A stretch of DNA of 64,000 bases from Thermoleophilia bacterium (GTDB taxonomy: Bacteria > Actinomycetota > Thermoleophilia > Gaiellales > Gaiellaceae). The translations under genes were made by a program, and so were the position numbers. The stretch is from contig JAICPI010000004.1 in NCBI GenBank assembly GCA_025929895.1, positions 5,490-69,489 on the forward strand, read 5' to 3'. Shown piece by piece: positions 24,772 to 34,937 of the stretch; position 1 is the stretch's first letter, and each line of letters opens with the position of its first letter. Under the pieces are notes generated by a model that worked only from the letters and a program-made list of their open reading frames with translations, did no database searches and was not told the origin of the DNA.

Positions 24772-26613
24772 TTAGTTCCGGATCCTGATCGCCTTGCTCC
24801 GTGCGCCCGCGAGGTCGGACGCGTCGCCGAAGAGCGCGCGCAGCGTGTACGTGCCGCGCGGGAGCTGCCAGATCGCGCGACCCGCGCCGTCCATGCGAGC
24901 GAACGTGACCAGCCGCCAGCGCCCACGCTCCTTCAGCTCGATCCGCACCATCCGGCGGTCGAGCTTGACGTCGGGCGCGTCCGTCAGGAGCTGCGCGAGC
25001 AGGAGCCTGTAGCGCTTCTTCTTGTACGTGAACCGCAGCGGCTGGAGGAAGAGCGCGGAGCGCGCCTGACCGAGCGTCATCGTCAGCGGGCCGGAGCGTG
25101 CGATCGTCGCGCCCGCTCCGTCGCGCGACTCGACCACGAACGTGTAGGTGACACCGTTCTGCCCGCGGAAGTCGGCCGAACGATCCGCTGTCTCGTGCAG
25201 CACCTCCTCCGGCCCGTCCCCGGCCCGGACGAGCACGCGGTACGAGCGCTCCGCGCGCGTCGAGCCGCGCCAGCGAAGGCGCGCGTCGGTGCGGTACTTC
25301 GACCCCGAGAGCGACACCGCGGGCGTCGTCCTCGCGAGCTCGACCGCGGCGGGGATGTTGATCACGCCGAAGCCGAGCTCGGGGTTCCACTGCCCGCCGC
25401 CGGACGCGGTCGCCTTCAGGATGTCGGCGACCTGCTGCGAGCTCAGGCTCGAGTTGGCGGCCCAGACGAGCGCAGCTGCACCGGCGACCTGCGGCGCCGA
25501 GAACGACGTTCCGCTGCTGTAGCCGTAGAGGCCCTTGCTCGAGCCCGGCAGCGCGACGCGTGGCCACTCCTTCGGCGACGAGTTGTGTGAGACCGCGCCG
25601 AAGACGTCAAGCCCCGGTGCGGCCAGCGAGATGTAGGAGCCCGTGTTCGAGAAGGGCGCGCGTGTGCCGTCCATGGCGGACGCGCCGACGGCGAGCCCGC
25701 GGCCCCCGACGCCGTTCGAGCCGACCGGCTGGAGCGACGCGGCGGGGTAGGAGACGGGGTTCCCCTCGAGCGCCTCGTTGCCGGCGGCCGCGACGATCAG
25801 GACGTCCCTGGCGAGGGCATAGTCGATCGCGCGCTGCTCGACCGGCGACGACTTCGAGCCGCCCAAGCTGAGGTTGATGACCTTCGAGCCGTTGTCGACC
25901 GCGTACGCGATCGCGGAGGCGGTCTCGAAGTCGGTGAACATCCCTTCGGCGCTCGCCTTGATCGTGGTCAGCCGCGCCTCGCCGGCGACCCCCGCGATCC
26001 CCTCGCCGTTGTCGGCGGAGCCGGCGGCCAGCGACGCGACGAACGTGCCGTGGCCGACGGGATCGCTGACGTCGCGGCCGCCGTCGATGGCGTTGTACGT
26101 GAGCGGGCGCTTGTCCTCGAGGTCCGGCGCGGTGACGTCCGCGCCGGAGTCGACGATCGCGATCCGGGTGAGGATTGCGGAGCGAACGTACCGCTCGGGG
26201 ACGCGGTCGGCTCCCGTCACCGCGTACTGCCACTGGTACGAGCCGCCGGGGACCGACGCGGGAACGAGCGAGGGCTCGACCATCGGGTGGCGGGGCACCG
26301 GCGCGTGGACGAACTCGATCCCCTTCATTCGCGAGACCGCGTCGGCGAACGCCGCGGCGTCTCCCGCGGGCCGAACCGAGACGGTCCGGAGCGACGGGAC
26401 GCGCTCGACGATCCGCACGGATCGACCCTTCAGCGCGCGGTCGAGCGCGGCCCGGTCGGCGTAGCCGATCACGACCGTCTCGCTCGCCCAGCGCGGCAGC
26501 GTCGTGGCGCGCGGCTCGGCCGAGGCGCCGGTCGCGAGCGCGCAGGCGAGGAGCGCGACGAGCCCGAGCACGCTGCGGCGGAGGGTGCGGAGGTGGGCGG
26601 AGGCGGTTGTCAT
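24772..26613 (-). CDS. secreted subtilisin-like serine protease (S8) with a ~200-aa C-terminal beta-rich extension
   Basis: 613 aa, from ATG 26613 (GAGGAG RBS). Signal peptide. Catalytic triad: D in IAIVDSGAD, H in HGTFVAS, S in SGTSFSAP. Confidence 0.9.
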   Translation of the reverse strand: MTTASAHLRTLRRSVLGLVALLACALATGASAEPRATTLPRWASETVVIGYADRAALDRALKGRSVRIVERVPSLRTVSVRPAGDAAAFADAVSRMKGIEFVHAPVPRHPMVEPSLVPASVPGGSYQWQYAVTGADRVPERYVRSAILTRIAIVDSGADVTAPDLEDKRPLTYNAIDGGRDVSDPVGHGTFVASLAAGSADNGEGIAGVAGEARLTTIKASAEGMFTDFETASAIAYAVDNGSKVINLSLGGSKSSPVEQRAIDYALARDVLIVAAAGNEALEGNPVSYPAASLQPVGSNGVGGRGLAVGASAMDGTRAPFSNTGSYISLAAPGLDVFGAVSHNSSPKEWPRVALPGSSKGLYGYSSGTSFSAPQVAGAAALVWAANSSLSSQQVADILKATASGGGQWNPELGFGVINIPAAVELARTTPAVSLSGSKYRTDARLRWRGSTRAERSYRVLVRAGDGPEEVLHETADRSADFRGQNGVTYTFVVESRDGAGATIARSGPLTMTLGQARSALFLQPLRFTYKKKRYRLLLAQLLTDAPDVKLDRRMVRIELKERGRWRLVTFARMDGAGRAIWQLPRGTYTLRALFGDASDLAGARSKAIRIRN

Positions 26614-26847
26614 CTGGCAGGTCTCCTCGTTGCGGTCGCGGGCGGTGCCGCGGCCGCCGTCCTGCACCTCTTGCTTCGCGCGCGGCGGAGCCCGGCACGA
26701 CCCCTGAAAAGGGTGATCCGCGCCCGCAGCTGCGGCTCCGAACCGGCCGTTCGGATCCAAGACCCGGCCGTTAGGGGGTTGATCGCCGTCCGGGTGGGTA
26801 TCTAGGATCCGAAATCCTCGAGACTTGGACCCGAAAGGAGCCGAACC

Positions 26848-28170
26848 GTGACGACCAGCCAGCTCGACCCCGAACGTCGGATCCGGGAGGAGGCCGACCG
26901 CCTCACCGCCCTCTGGGAGGAGGACGAGCGCTGGCTCGGCATCCGCCGCCCCTACGGCGCCGAGGCCGTCGTTCGGTTGCGCGGCTCGCTCCCCGTCGAG
27001 CACACGCTCGCCCGGCTCGGCGCCGAGCGGCTCTGGCGGCTCCTGACGACCGAGGACTACGTCGCGGCGCTCGGCGCCATGACCGGCGGCCAGGCCGTGC
27101 AGATGGTGAAGGCCGGGCTGAAGGCGATCTACCTCTCCGGCTGGCAGGTGGCCGCAGACGCGAACCTGAGCGGCAACACGTACCCCGACCAGAGCCTCTA
27201 CCCGTCGAACAGCGCGCCCGCGCTCGTGCGCCGGCTGAACAGCGCGCTCCAGCGAGCCGACCAGATCTCGTGGGCCGAGGGCGACGGCAGCATCGACTGG
27301 CTCACGCCGATCGTCGCGGATGCCGAGGCCGGCTTCGGCGGGCCGCTGCACGCGTTCGAGCTGATGAAGTCGATGATCGAGGCGGGTGCGGCAGGCGTCC
27401 ACTTCGAGGACCAGCTCGCGTCGGAGAAGAAGTGCGGCCACCTCGGGGGCAAGGTGCTCGTGCCGACCGCGCAGTTCGTGCGCACGCTCGTCGGGGCGCG
27501 GCTCGCGGCCGACGTGCTCGGGGTGCCGACCGTGCTCGTCTCGCGGACCGACGCGCTCAGCGCGCGGCTGATCACGAGCGACGTCGACCCGGCCGACGCG
27601 GAGTTCCTCACGGGCGAGCGCACCGCGGAGGGCTTCTTCCGCGTCCGCGACGGGCTCGAACCCGCGATCGCCCGCTCGCTCGCGTACGCGCCGTACGCCG
27701 ACGTGATCTGGTTCGAGACGTCGACGCCGGACCTCGAGGAGGCTCGGAGCTTCGCGGCGGCGATCCGCGAGCGTCATCCGCGCAAGCTGCTCGCGTACAA
27801 CTGCTCGCCGTCGTTCAACTGGCGGAAGCACCTCTCCGACGACGAGATCGCGTCGTTCCAGCAGGAGCTCGGCTCGTTGGGCTACCGGTTCCAGTTCGTG
27901 ACGCTGGCCGGCTTCCACGCGCTGAACGAGTCGATGTTCGAGCTGGCGCGGGGGTACGCTGAGAGCGGCATGTCGGCGTACGTCGAGCTGCAGGAGCGGG
28001 AGTTCGCGCTCGAGGAGCACGGCTACACCGCGACGCGGCACCAGCGGGAGGTCGGCGCCGGGTACTTCGACGGCGTGCTCGAGGCGGTCACGGGCGGCGA
28101 CAGCTCGACGCTCGCGCTGAAGGGCTCGACGGAGGAGGCGCAGTTCGCCCCGCAGGTCGCAGCGAAGTGA
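26848..28170 (+). CDS. aceA: isocitrate lyase
   Basis: 440 aa. Signature [24 protein letters not shown] before the GTG start. Confidence 0.95.
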   Translation: MTTSQLDPERRIREEADRLTALWEEDERWLGIRRPYGAEAVVRLRGSLPVEHTLARLGAERLWRLLTTEDYVAALGAMTGGQAVQMVKAGLKAIYLSGWQVAADANLSGNTYPDQSLYPSNSAPALVRRLNSALQRADQISWAEGDGSIDWLTPIVADAEAGFGGPLHAFELMKSMIEAGAAGVHFEDQLASEKKCGHLGGKVLVPTAQFVRTLVGARLAADVLGVPTVLVSRTDALSARLITSDVDPADAEFLTGERTAEGFFRVRDGLEPAIARSLAYAPYADVIWFETSTPDLEEARSFAAAIRERHPRKLLAYNCSPSFNWRKHLSDDEIASFQQELGSLGYRFQFVTLAGFHALNESMFELARGYAESGMSAYVELQEREFALEEHGYTATRHQREVGAGYFDGVLEAVTGGDSSTLALKGSTEEAQFAPQVAAK

Positions 28171-29633
28171 CGGAGATCCTCACGCCGGAGGCGCTCGCGT
28201 TCGTCGAGCGCCTCCAGCGTGAGCTTGGCCCGGAGCGGGAAGCGCTCCTGGCCGCCCGCGCGGAGCGCCAGCGGGCGCTCGATGCGGGCGAGCGGCCTGC
28301 CTTCCCGGCCGAGACCGCCGAGGTCCGCGAGGCCGAGTGGAAGGTGCCGCCGGCGCCGCCGGACCTGCGCGACCGCCGCGTCGAGATCACCGGCCCCGTC
28401 GACCGGAAGATGATGATCAACGCGCTCAACTCGGGCGCGAACGTCTTCATGGCCGACTTCGAGGACGCGTGCTCGCCGACCTGGTCGAACGTCGTCGAGG
28501 GCCAGCAGAACGTCCACGACGCGGTGCGGCGGACGATCTCGCTCGAGGCCGGGGAGAAGCGGTACGCGCTGAACGACGAGATCGCGACGCTCGTCGTCCG
28601 CCCGCGGGGGTGGCACCTGCCCGAGCGCCACTTTGAGGTCGATGGCCGCGCGGTGTCCGCGAGCCTGTTCGACTTCGGCGTGTGCGTGTTCCACAACGCG
28701 CGCGAGCAGCTCGAGCGCGGGACGGGGCCGTACTTCTACCTGCCCAAGCTCGAGGGCCGGCGCGAGGCGGCGCTGTGGCGCAAGGCGTTCGAGCTCGCCG
28801 AGGACGAGCTCGTGCTCGCGCGAGGCTCGATCCGCGCCACCGTCCTGATCGAGACGATCCTCGCCGCGTTCGAGCTCGACGAGATCGTCTACGAGCTGCG
28901 CGACCACGTCACGGCCCTGAACGCCGGCCGCTGGGACTACATCTTCAGCCTGATCAAGAAGCTGCACGCGCACGGCGACGTGCTGCCCGACCGGCCGCAG
29001 GTGACGATGACCGTCCCGTTCATGCGGGCGTACACGGACGCGCTCGTGCGCACGTGCCACAGGCGCGGCGCGCACGCCATCGGCGGGATGGCCGCGTTCA
29101 TCCCGTCGCGCCGCGATCCCGAGGTGAACGAGCTCGCGCTGGCGAAGGTGCGCGAGGACAAGGTGCGCGAGGCGGGCGACGGCTTCGACGGGACCTGGGT
29201 CGCGCATCCGGATCTCGTGCCGGTCGCGTACGAGCAGTTCGAGCGGCCGAACCAGCTCGAGAACCTGCGCGAGGACGTCGAGCCCGACGCCGGGCGGCTG
29301 CTCGACCTGGCCGTGCCGGGCGGCGAGGTGACCGAGGACGGGCTCCGCCTCAACGTGCGCGTCGGCGTGCGCTACCTCGACGCGTGGCTGAACGGCACGG
29401 GCGCTGCGGCGATCGAGAATCTGATGGAGGACGTGGCCACCGCCGAGATCTCGCGCTCGCAGGTCTGGCAGTGGGTGCGCGCCGGGATCTTCGGCGAGGA
29501 CGACGTGCGGCGCGTGCTGGCGGAGGAGCTGGGCGACGAGGCGCCTGAGGCGCGCGAGTTGTTCGAGCGCATCGCGCTGACCGACGAGTTCGTCGAGTTC
29601 CTCACGCTCGAAGCGTACGATCGGTTGCCGTGA
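28167..29633 (+). CDS. aceB: malate synthase A
   Basis: 488 aa. [36 protein letters not shown]...EAALW and GGMAAFIP motifs. GTGA overlap with aceA. Confidence 0.9.
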   Translation: MTEILTPEALAFVERLQRELGPEREALLAARAERQRALDAGERPAFPAETAEVREAEWKVPPAPPDLRDRRVEITGPVDRKMMINALNSGANVFMADFEDACSPTWSNVVEGQQNVHDAVRRTISLEAGEKRYALNDEIATLVVRPRGWHLPERHFEVDGRAVSASLFDFGVCVFHNAREQLERGTGPYFYLPKLEGRREAALWRKAFELAEDELVLARGSIRATVLIETILAAFELDEIVYELRDHVTALNAGRWDYIFSLIKKLHAHGDVLPDRPQVTMTVPFMRAYTDALVRTCHRRGAHAIGGMAAFIPSRRDPEVNELALAKVREDKVREAGDGFDGTWVAHPDLVPVAYEQFERPNQLENLREDVEPDAGRLLDLAVPGGEVTEDGLRLNVRVGVRYLDAWLNGTGAAAIENLMEDVATAEISRSQVWQWVRAGIFGEDDVRRVLAEELGDEAPEARELFERIALTDEFVEFLTLEAYDRLP

Positions 29634-30337
29634 CAACCCTCTCGACGAAGGCCGACGACATCGCCCTCGTGATCGAGGAGGCGATCGTGTCGGGCGAGCT
29701 CGCCCCGGGCACCGTCCTCCGGCAGGAGCAGCTCTCCGAGCAGTTCGAGGTCAGCCGCACGCCGATCCGCGAGGCGCTGCGGAAGCTGGCGGCGCTCGGG
29801 CTCGTCTCCTTCGAGCCGAACCGGGGCGTCCGCGTGCGCACGATCACGCGCGAGGAGCTCCGCGAGGCGTTCCTGATCCGGGCCGAGCTCGAGGGCCTCG
29901 CGACCGAGGTCGCGGCCGCGCGCATCACCGAGGAGGCTCTCGAGAAGCTCGACGAGGCGCAGATGCGCTTCCACCGCCTGACGAACGACATGCGCGCGCG
30001 CGAGCCCGGCCGCGACCGGCGCAGCCTGACCGCCGACTGGGTGCGCGCGAACCACGCGTTCCACGACGTCATCTACGCCGTCGCCGACCTGCCGCTGGTC
30101 GAGCAGCTCGCGAAGAGCGCGCGGCGCACGTTCTCCGGACCGGCGGTGTGGGCTCCCGGCGACGCGCGCATCGACGAGCTGTACGCGAAGAACGACCAGC
30201 AACACCGCGCGATCCGCGGCGCGCTCGCCGCCGGCAGCCCCGAGGGCGCGCGATCGCTCGCGCGAGAGCACGTGCTCTCCTCGTTCCGCATGCTCGAGGA
30301 AATCCTCGAGCAGGTCGGCGCGACGCCCTGGCGCTAG
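29630..30337 (+). CDS. GntR-family regulator, FadR/FCD subfamily
   Basis: 235 aa. wHTH ([30 protein letters not shown]) plus an all-helical FCD-like C-terminal domain. GTGA overlap with aceB. Confidence 0.85.
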   Translation: MTTLSTKADDIALVIEEAIVSGELAPGTVLRQEQLSEQFEVSRTPIREALRKLAALGLVSFEPNRGVRVRTITREELREAFLIRAELEGLATEVAAARITEEALEKLDEAQMRFHRLTNDMRAREPGRDRRSLTADWVRANHAFHDVIYAVADLPLVEQLAKSARRTFSGPAVWAPGDARIDELYAKNDQQHRAIRGALAAGSPEGARSLAREHVLSSFRMLEEILEQVGATPWR

Positions 30338-31398
30338 CGCTCCCGCAGCTTCCCGTAGCGCTTCAACTGCTTCGTCTCCCGCGCGCGCTCCTTCCAGCGC
30401 CGCTTCAGCTCCGCGTGCTCGCGGCTGCCGCGGCGTCCCGCGAGCCGGGCCATCTCGCGCTGGAGCTTGCCGTAGCTCTCCCAGCGCTCCGCATCGAGGC
30501 TGCCGTCCTCGAGCGCCGCGCGGATCGCGCAGCCCGGCTCGGTCTGGTGCGCGCAGTCGTGGAAACGGCACTGCGTCGTGAGCTCCCCGATGTCGGCGAA
30601 CGCCCGGTCGAGGTCGCCCTCCCAGAGCTGAAGCTCGCGCAGCCCCGGGGTGTCGACGAGCAAGGCGCCGTTTCGGAGCGCGTGCAGCTGGCGGTGACGG
30701 GTCGTGTGCCGTCCGCGGCCGTCGTTTCGCAGCCCGGCCACCGGCATGAGCTCACGTCCGGCGAGCCGGTTCACGAGCGACGACTTGCCCACGCCCGACG
30801 AGCCGAGCATGACGATCGTCCGCGCCGGCTCGAGGTAGACGTCGAGCGCGTCGAGCCCCTCGCCGGTGACGTTGCTGACGGCGTGCACGGGCACGCCCAT
30901 CGCGATCGCCTCGGCCTCGGCCACGAGCTCGGGGTCCCCGACGTCGAGCTTCGTCAGCACGACGACGGGATCGGCGCCGCTGTCCCACGCCGTCGCGAGG
31001 TAGCGCTCGAGCCGACGGACGTTGAAGTCCGCGTCGAGCCCGTTGACGAGGAAGACGGTGTCGACGTTGGCGACGAGGACGTGCTCCTCCGCCTTCAGCC
31101 ACGGGGTCTTGCGCGAGACCTTCGTGCGCCGCGGCAGGATCGCCTCGATCGCGAAGCGCTCGCCGGCGTCGACGACCACGACCCAGTCGCCGACGGTCGG
31201 CATGCCCCCGAAGAGCTCGTCGTCGCGGAGCTTCCCCCGCGCGTGCGCGAGCCGGTCGCCGTGCGCCGAGCGCACGGCGTAGCCGCCGCGGTGCTCCGCG
31301 ACGACGCGGGCGGGCTCGAACCCGTCCACTGCGTAGGTTGTGAAGGCCGCCTCGAGCTCGTCGGTCCAGCCGAGCGCGGCCAGGGTGCTTCCGTTCAA
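30334..31398 (-). CDS. rsgA: ribosome small-subunit-dependent GTPase A
   Basis: 354 aa. Circularly permuted GTPase: VLTKLD, then GSSGVGKSSLVNRL. Zn knuckle CRFHDCAHQTEPGCAI. Confidence 0.9.
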   Translation of the reverse strand: MNGSTLAALGWTDELEAAFTTYAVDGFEPARVVAEHRGGYAVRSAHGDRLAHARGKLRDDELFGGMPTVGDWVVVVDAGERFAIEAILPRRTKVSRKTPWLKAEEHVLVANVDTVFLVNGLDADFNVRRLERYLATAWDSGADPVVVLTKLDVGDPELVAEAEAIAMGVPVHAVSNVTGEGLDALDVYLEPARTIVMLGSSGVGKSSLVNRLAGRELMPVAGLRNDGRGRHTTRHRQLHALRNGALLVDTPGLRELQLWEGDLDRAFADIGELTTQCRFHDCAHQTEPGCAIRAALEDGSLDAERWESYGKLQREMARLAGRRGSREHAELKRRWKERARETKQLKRYGKLRER

Positions 31399-31603
31399 GC
31401 GCGTCTCCTTACGACGTTGTTGACGCCGCGGGCGCTCGGACGGTGCTATGCGTCGAGCCCCGCGGCTCCGCGGGGGGAGGTGCTGCAGCTGCTCGCAATG
31501 GGCATTGCCGACCTCCTTTGCTCGACGACGACAGAGAGAGGGTACGTGCGCCGTCGGCCGGCGTCAACGTTTGCGAAGCCGCGCACGCGGCGATTTTCCG
31601 CTG

Positions 31604-32746
31604 GTGAGCACGACTCCCGTCGACCCGGACGAGACGGTCCACACCGAGGAGGTGGTCGAGGAGGAGCCTCCGAGGCAGCCGCCGCGGCTCTGGCCGTGGC
31701 TGCTCGCGCTGCTCGTGCTCGTGCTCGGCGGGCTGCTCGCGTACTGGCTCGTCCTGCGCGACGACGAGAAGACGACGATGCCGCGCGTCGTCGACCTGAC
31801 CGAGGCGCAGGCGCGCGCGCGAATCGCCGAGGCCGAGCTGGAGGTGGACGTCGACCGCGCGCGGAGCGAGCGTCGGGCAGGGATCGTCTTCGCGCAGACG
31901 CCGGGTGCGGGCACGCAGCTCGACGAGGGCCAGCGGGTCGAGATCGAGGTCTCGAGCGGCCTCGAGCAGGTCGCGGTCCCGGACGTGCGCGACCTCCGCG
32001 AGGCGCAGGCGCGGCAGCGACTCGAGCAGGCAGGCTTCGAGGTCGCGGTGCAGCGCGTGTTCGCGGCAGCACCGAGGCGGACGGTCGTCGAGCAGCAGCC
32101 GCGCGGCGGGACGCAGGCCGCGCCCGGCTCGACGGTCGCGCTCAAGGTCTCGCGCGGCCGCAACGTCAACACCGTCCCCGACGTGGTCGGCCTCTCCGAG
32201 CAGGAGGCCGTGGCCGCCCTGCGTCAGCGGGAGTTCGCGCCGCGCATCTTCGACGTGCCCTCGTCGGAGCCCGAGGGAACGGTCGTCGCCCAGGCGCCGC
32301 AGGCAGGCGCCGAGGCTCCGCCGGACTCGCGCGTGCGCGTCAACGTCTCGACCGGAGAGCAGTCCGGCGGCACGACCGAGCGCGACGTCCCGAGCGTCGT
32401 CGGCCTCGCGCAGACGCCGGCGCTGCGCGCGCTCTGGGAGGCCGGCTTCCGTGGGGTCGTCGTCTACGACTCGGGGCCACGGAACCGCGTGCTCGAGCAG
32501 CGCGAGGTCGATGGGATGTTCCAGGGCAGGCGGCAGGTCGAGCTCCTCGTCGGGGGCGAAGAAGCGGACGTGGACGTTCCCGACGTCGTCGACTCGCGCG
32601 AAGAAGATGCGCGGCAGACGCTCCGCGACGCCGGGTTCCGCGTCGAGGTCGTGCGCGACGGCGACGGCGACGTCGTGGTCGACCAGCAGCCTGCCGGCGG
32701 CGGCACGGCGCCCGACGGCGCCGTCGTGACGATCGTCGTCCGCTAG
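31604..32746 (+). CDS. single-pass membrane protein with five extracellular PASTA repeats and no kinase or PBP domain
   Basis: Start set at GTG 31604. The 5' part of ORF 31448..32746 has low GC3 and Arg/Cys-rich junk. Acidic ~30-aa N-terminus, TM (LWPWLLALLVLVLGGLLAYWLVL), then five repeats of a VPDVVGL..A...L...GF...V....G-like PASTA pattern. Confidence 0.7.
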   Translation: MSTTPVDPDETVHTEEVVEEEPPRQPPRLWPWLLALLVLVLGGLLAYWLVLRDDEKTTMPRVVDLTEAQARARIAEAELEVDVDRARSERRAGIVFAQTPGAGTQLDEGQRVEIEVSSGLEQVAVPDVRDLREAQARQRLEQAGFEVAVQRVFAAAPRRTVVEQQPRGGTQAAPGSTVALKVSRGRNVNTVPDVVGLSEQEAVAALRQREFAPRIFDVPSSEPEGTVVAQAPQAGAEAPPDSRVRVNVSTGEQSGGTTERDVPSVVGLAQTPALRALWEAGFRGVVVYDSGPRNRVLEQREVDGMFQGRRQVELLVGGEEADVDVPDVVDSREEDARQTLRDAGFRVEVVRDGDGDVVVDQQPAGGGTAPDGAVVTIVVR

Positions 32747-32767
32747 AGGCTTGCATCAAGCCTCTAG
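32743..32767. terminator. bidirectional hairpin between the convergent PASTA gene and GH1 gene
   Basis: CTAGAGGCTTG-cat-CAAGCCTCTAG is a perfect 11-bp stem. Both stop codons (TAG 32744-46 and CTA 32764-66) lie inside the arms. Confidence 0.6.
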
Positions 32768-34101
32768 CGCCCGTTGGCCGCGATGAAGTCGCGGTACCAG
32801 AGCGCGCTGCGCTTCGGAATCCGCCGCTGCGTCGCGTAGTCGACGTAGACGATCCCGAAGCGCTTCTCGTAGCCGTGCTCCCACTCGAAGTTGTCGAGCA
32901 GCGACCAGGTGAAGTACGAGCGGACGTCGACGCCGTCCGCGACGGCGCGCCGGACCGCCTCGAGATGGCCGCGCAGGTACTCGAGCCGCTCGGGATCCTC
33001 GACGAGGCCGTTCGTGGGGACGGGGTCGTCGTACGCCGCGCCGTTCTCCGTGATCGAGATCGCGAGGTCGCCGTAGTCCCGCTTGAGCCGCAGCAGCAGC
33101 GCGTGCAGGGACGCGGGCGCCACCTCCCAGCCCATGCCCGTCGTCGGCCCGCTCGGCGCCGCCCGGGTCAGCTCGAGCGGGCCGGCGCCCGGCGCCGACG
33201 CGACGACGTCACGAGAGTAGTAGTTGACGCCGAGGAAGTCGATCGGCCGGCCGATCACCTCGAGATCGCCGTCCAGCACCCAGTCGAAGGGGCCGACCCG
33301 CGACTCGTACCACCGCACGACGTCGTCGGGGTAGGCGCCGCGGAGCACGGGGTCGAGGAACCAGCGGTTGTGCGCGCCGTCCCAGCGCCGCGCCGCGGCC
33401 TCGTCGTCCGCAGACGAGGTGGCGGGCTCCGTCGGCCAGAGGTCGAGCGTGATCCCGACCGTGGCGTCGCCGCGCAGCTCCCGCAGCGCGTCCACCGCGA
33501 GCCCGTGCGCGAGCAGCACGTGGTGCGCGACGCGGATCGCCTCCGCCCAGTCGGTCCGTCCGGGTGCCTTCGTGCCGAACCCGTGCCCGAGGAACGAGAC
33601 CACCCACGGCTCGTTGATCGTGATCCAGTCGTCGACGAGGTCGCCGAGCTCCTCGTAGACCAGCGCAGCGTACTCGGCGAACCGGGACGCGGTGTCGCGC
33701 GCGGGCCAGCCGCCGCGGTCGTGCAGTGCCTGGGGGAGGTCCCAGTGGTAGAGCGTCGCGAGCGGCCGGATCCCGCGCTCGTGCAGGCCCTCGAGCAGGC
33801 GGCGGTAGAAGTCGATCCCCTCGCGGCTCGGCGCTCCTGTTCCACCCGGGAGCACGCGCGGCCACGAGATGGAGAACCGATAGGTCGCGATCCCGAGCTC
33901 GGCCATCAGGTCGAGGTCCTCCCGCCACCGGTGGTAGTGGTCGCACGCGACATCGGGCGTCCCGCCGTCCGAGACGGTGCCGGGCACGCGGCTGAAGCTG
34001 TCCCAGATCGACGGCCCGCGCGCGTCCGTCGCACCCTCGATCTGGATCGCCGCGGTGGCGGCGCCGAAGCGGAAGTGCTCCGGGAAGCCGTTCACGCTCA
34101 T
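32764..34101 (-). CDS. GH1 beta-glucosidase
   Basis: 445 aa, from ATG 34101. FRFGAATAAIQIEG, TLYHWDLPQ, acid/base ITINEPW, nucleophile ITENGAAY. Confidence 0.95.
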   Translation of the reverse strand: MSVNGFPEHFRFGAATAAIQIEGATDARGPSIWDSFSRVPGTVSDGGTPDVACDHYHRWREDLDLMAELGIATYRFSISWPRVLPGGTGAPSREGIDFYRRLLEGLHERGIRPLATLYHWDLPQALHDRGGWPARDTASRFAEYAALVYEELGDLVDDWITINEPWVVSFLGHGFGTKAPGRTDWAEAIRVAHHVLLAHGLAVDALRELRGDATVGITLDLWPTEPATSSADDEAAARRWDGAHNRWFLDPVLRGAYPDDVVRWYESRVGPFDWVLDGDLEVIGRPIDFLGVNYYSRDVVASAPGAGPLELTRAAPSGPTTGMGWEVAPASLHALLLRLKRDYGDLAISITENGAAYDDPVPTNGLVEDPERLEYLRGHLEAVRRAVADGVDVRSYFTWSLLDNFEWEHGYEKRFGIVYVDYATQRRIPKRSALWYRDFIAANGR

Positions 34102-34937
34102 CCCTTGACCGATCCCGCGGTCAGGCCCTTGACGAGCCAGCGCTGCGTCGCGAAGAACGCGAGCATGACCGGCAACGTCGCGACGACGCCCGCCGCCATC
34201 AGCTGGTCGTAGCGCTGCTGGTAGTTCGAGATGAACGTCCGGATCCCGAGGGGGATCGTCTCCGCGTTCTGCTGGGTCAGGCTCGAGACGAAGAGCAGCT
34301 CGTCCCAGGCGAAGAGGAACGCGTAGACCGCCGTCGCGACGAGCCCGGGCGTCGCGTTCGGGAGCACGATCCGCCAGAAGGCGCCGAACGGCGTGCACCC
34401 GTCGACGAGCGCCGCCTCCTCGAGCTCGCGCGGGATCGCCTGGAAGTACGCGCGCATGAGGAAGATCGAGACGGGCGTGAAGAACGCGGTGTAGACGAGG
34501 ATCATCCCGAGGTGCGTGTCGAAGAGCTGGAACGGCGTGTTGCGGCCGACCCAGACGAAGCCGAGGAAGATGGGCAGCAGGAACATCGAGCCCGGGATCA
34601 GCTGCGTCCCGATCACGCCCAGTCCGAACGCGCCGGAACCGCGGAAGCGGTAGCGCGCGAGCGCGTAGCCCGCCGACGCCGCGAACGCGGTGGCGAGCAG
34701 CGCGGCGGCCGTGCAGATGATCAGGCTGTTGCGGAAGTACCGCTCGAAGTCGACCGCGTCCCACATCGTCCGGAACGAGTCGACGGTGGGCGAGCCGAAG
34801 TCGTACGTCCCGGTCGAGAGCTGGCTCGAGGTCTGGAGCGAGGAGAGGACGAGCCAGACGATCGGGGCGAGCATCAGCGCGAGTACGGCGTACGTGAGCG
34901 CGTTCAGCGTCCAGTCGACCGAGCGGCGCCGGATCAC
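34098..34937 (-). CDS. ABC sugar permease (MalG-like)
   Basis: 279 aa, from GTG 34937 (GTGA overlap upstream, ATGA overlap downstream). EAA loop EEAALVDGCTPFGAFWRIVLP. Confidence 0.9.
   Translation of the reverse strand: MIRRRSVDWTLNALTYAVLALMLAPIVWLVLSSLQTSSQLSTGTYDFGSPTVDSFRTMWDAVDFERYFRNSLIICTAAALLATAFAASAGYALARYRFRGSGAFGLGVIGTQLIPGSMFLLPIFLGFVWVGRNTPFQLFDTHLGMILVYTAFFTPVSIFLMRAYFQAIPRELEEAALVDGCTPFGAFWRIVLPNATPGLVATAVYAFLFAWDELLFVSSLTQQNAETIPLGIRTFISNYQQRYDQLMAAGVVATLPVMLAFFATQRWLVKGLTAGSVKG

Noticed and set aside
24772-28041. A 1089-aa ORF extending the S8 protease far upstream.
   Set aside because: The N-terminal 476 codons are antisense to isocitrate lyase and low-complexity. A signal peptide with a GAGGAG RBS starts at ATG 26613.
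31448-31603. An N-terminal extension of the PASTA protein from ATG 31448.
   Set aside because: The codons here are atypical for the genome (many CGT, CGA, CAA, TTG, TTT, GCA) and the peptide is Arg/Cys-rich. This looks like non-coding leader DNA with small palindromes (CCCCGCGG..CCGCGGGG, GCAATGggCATTGC).
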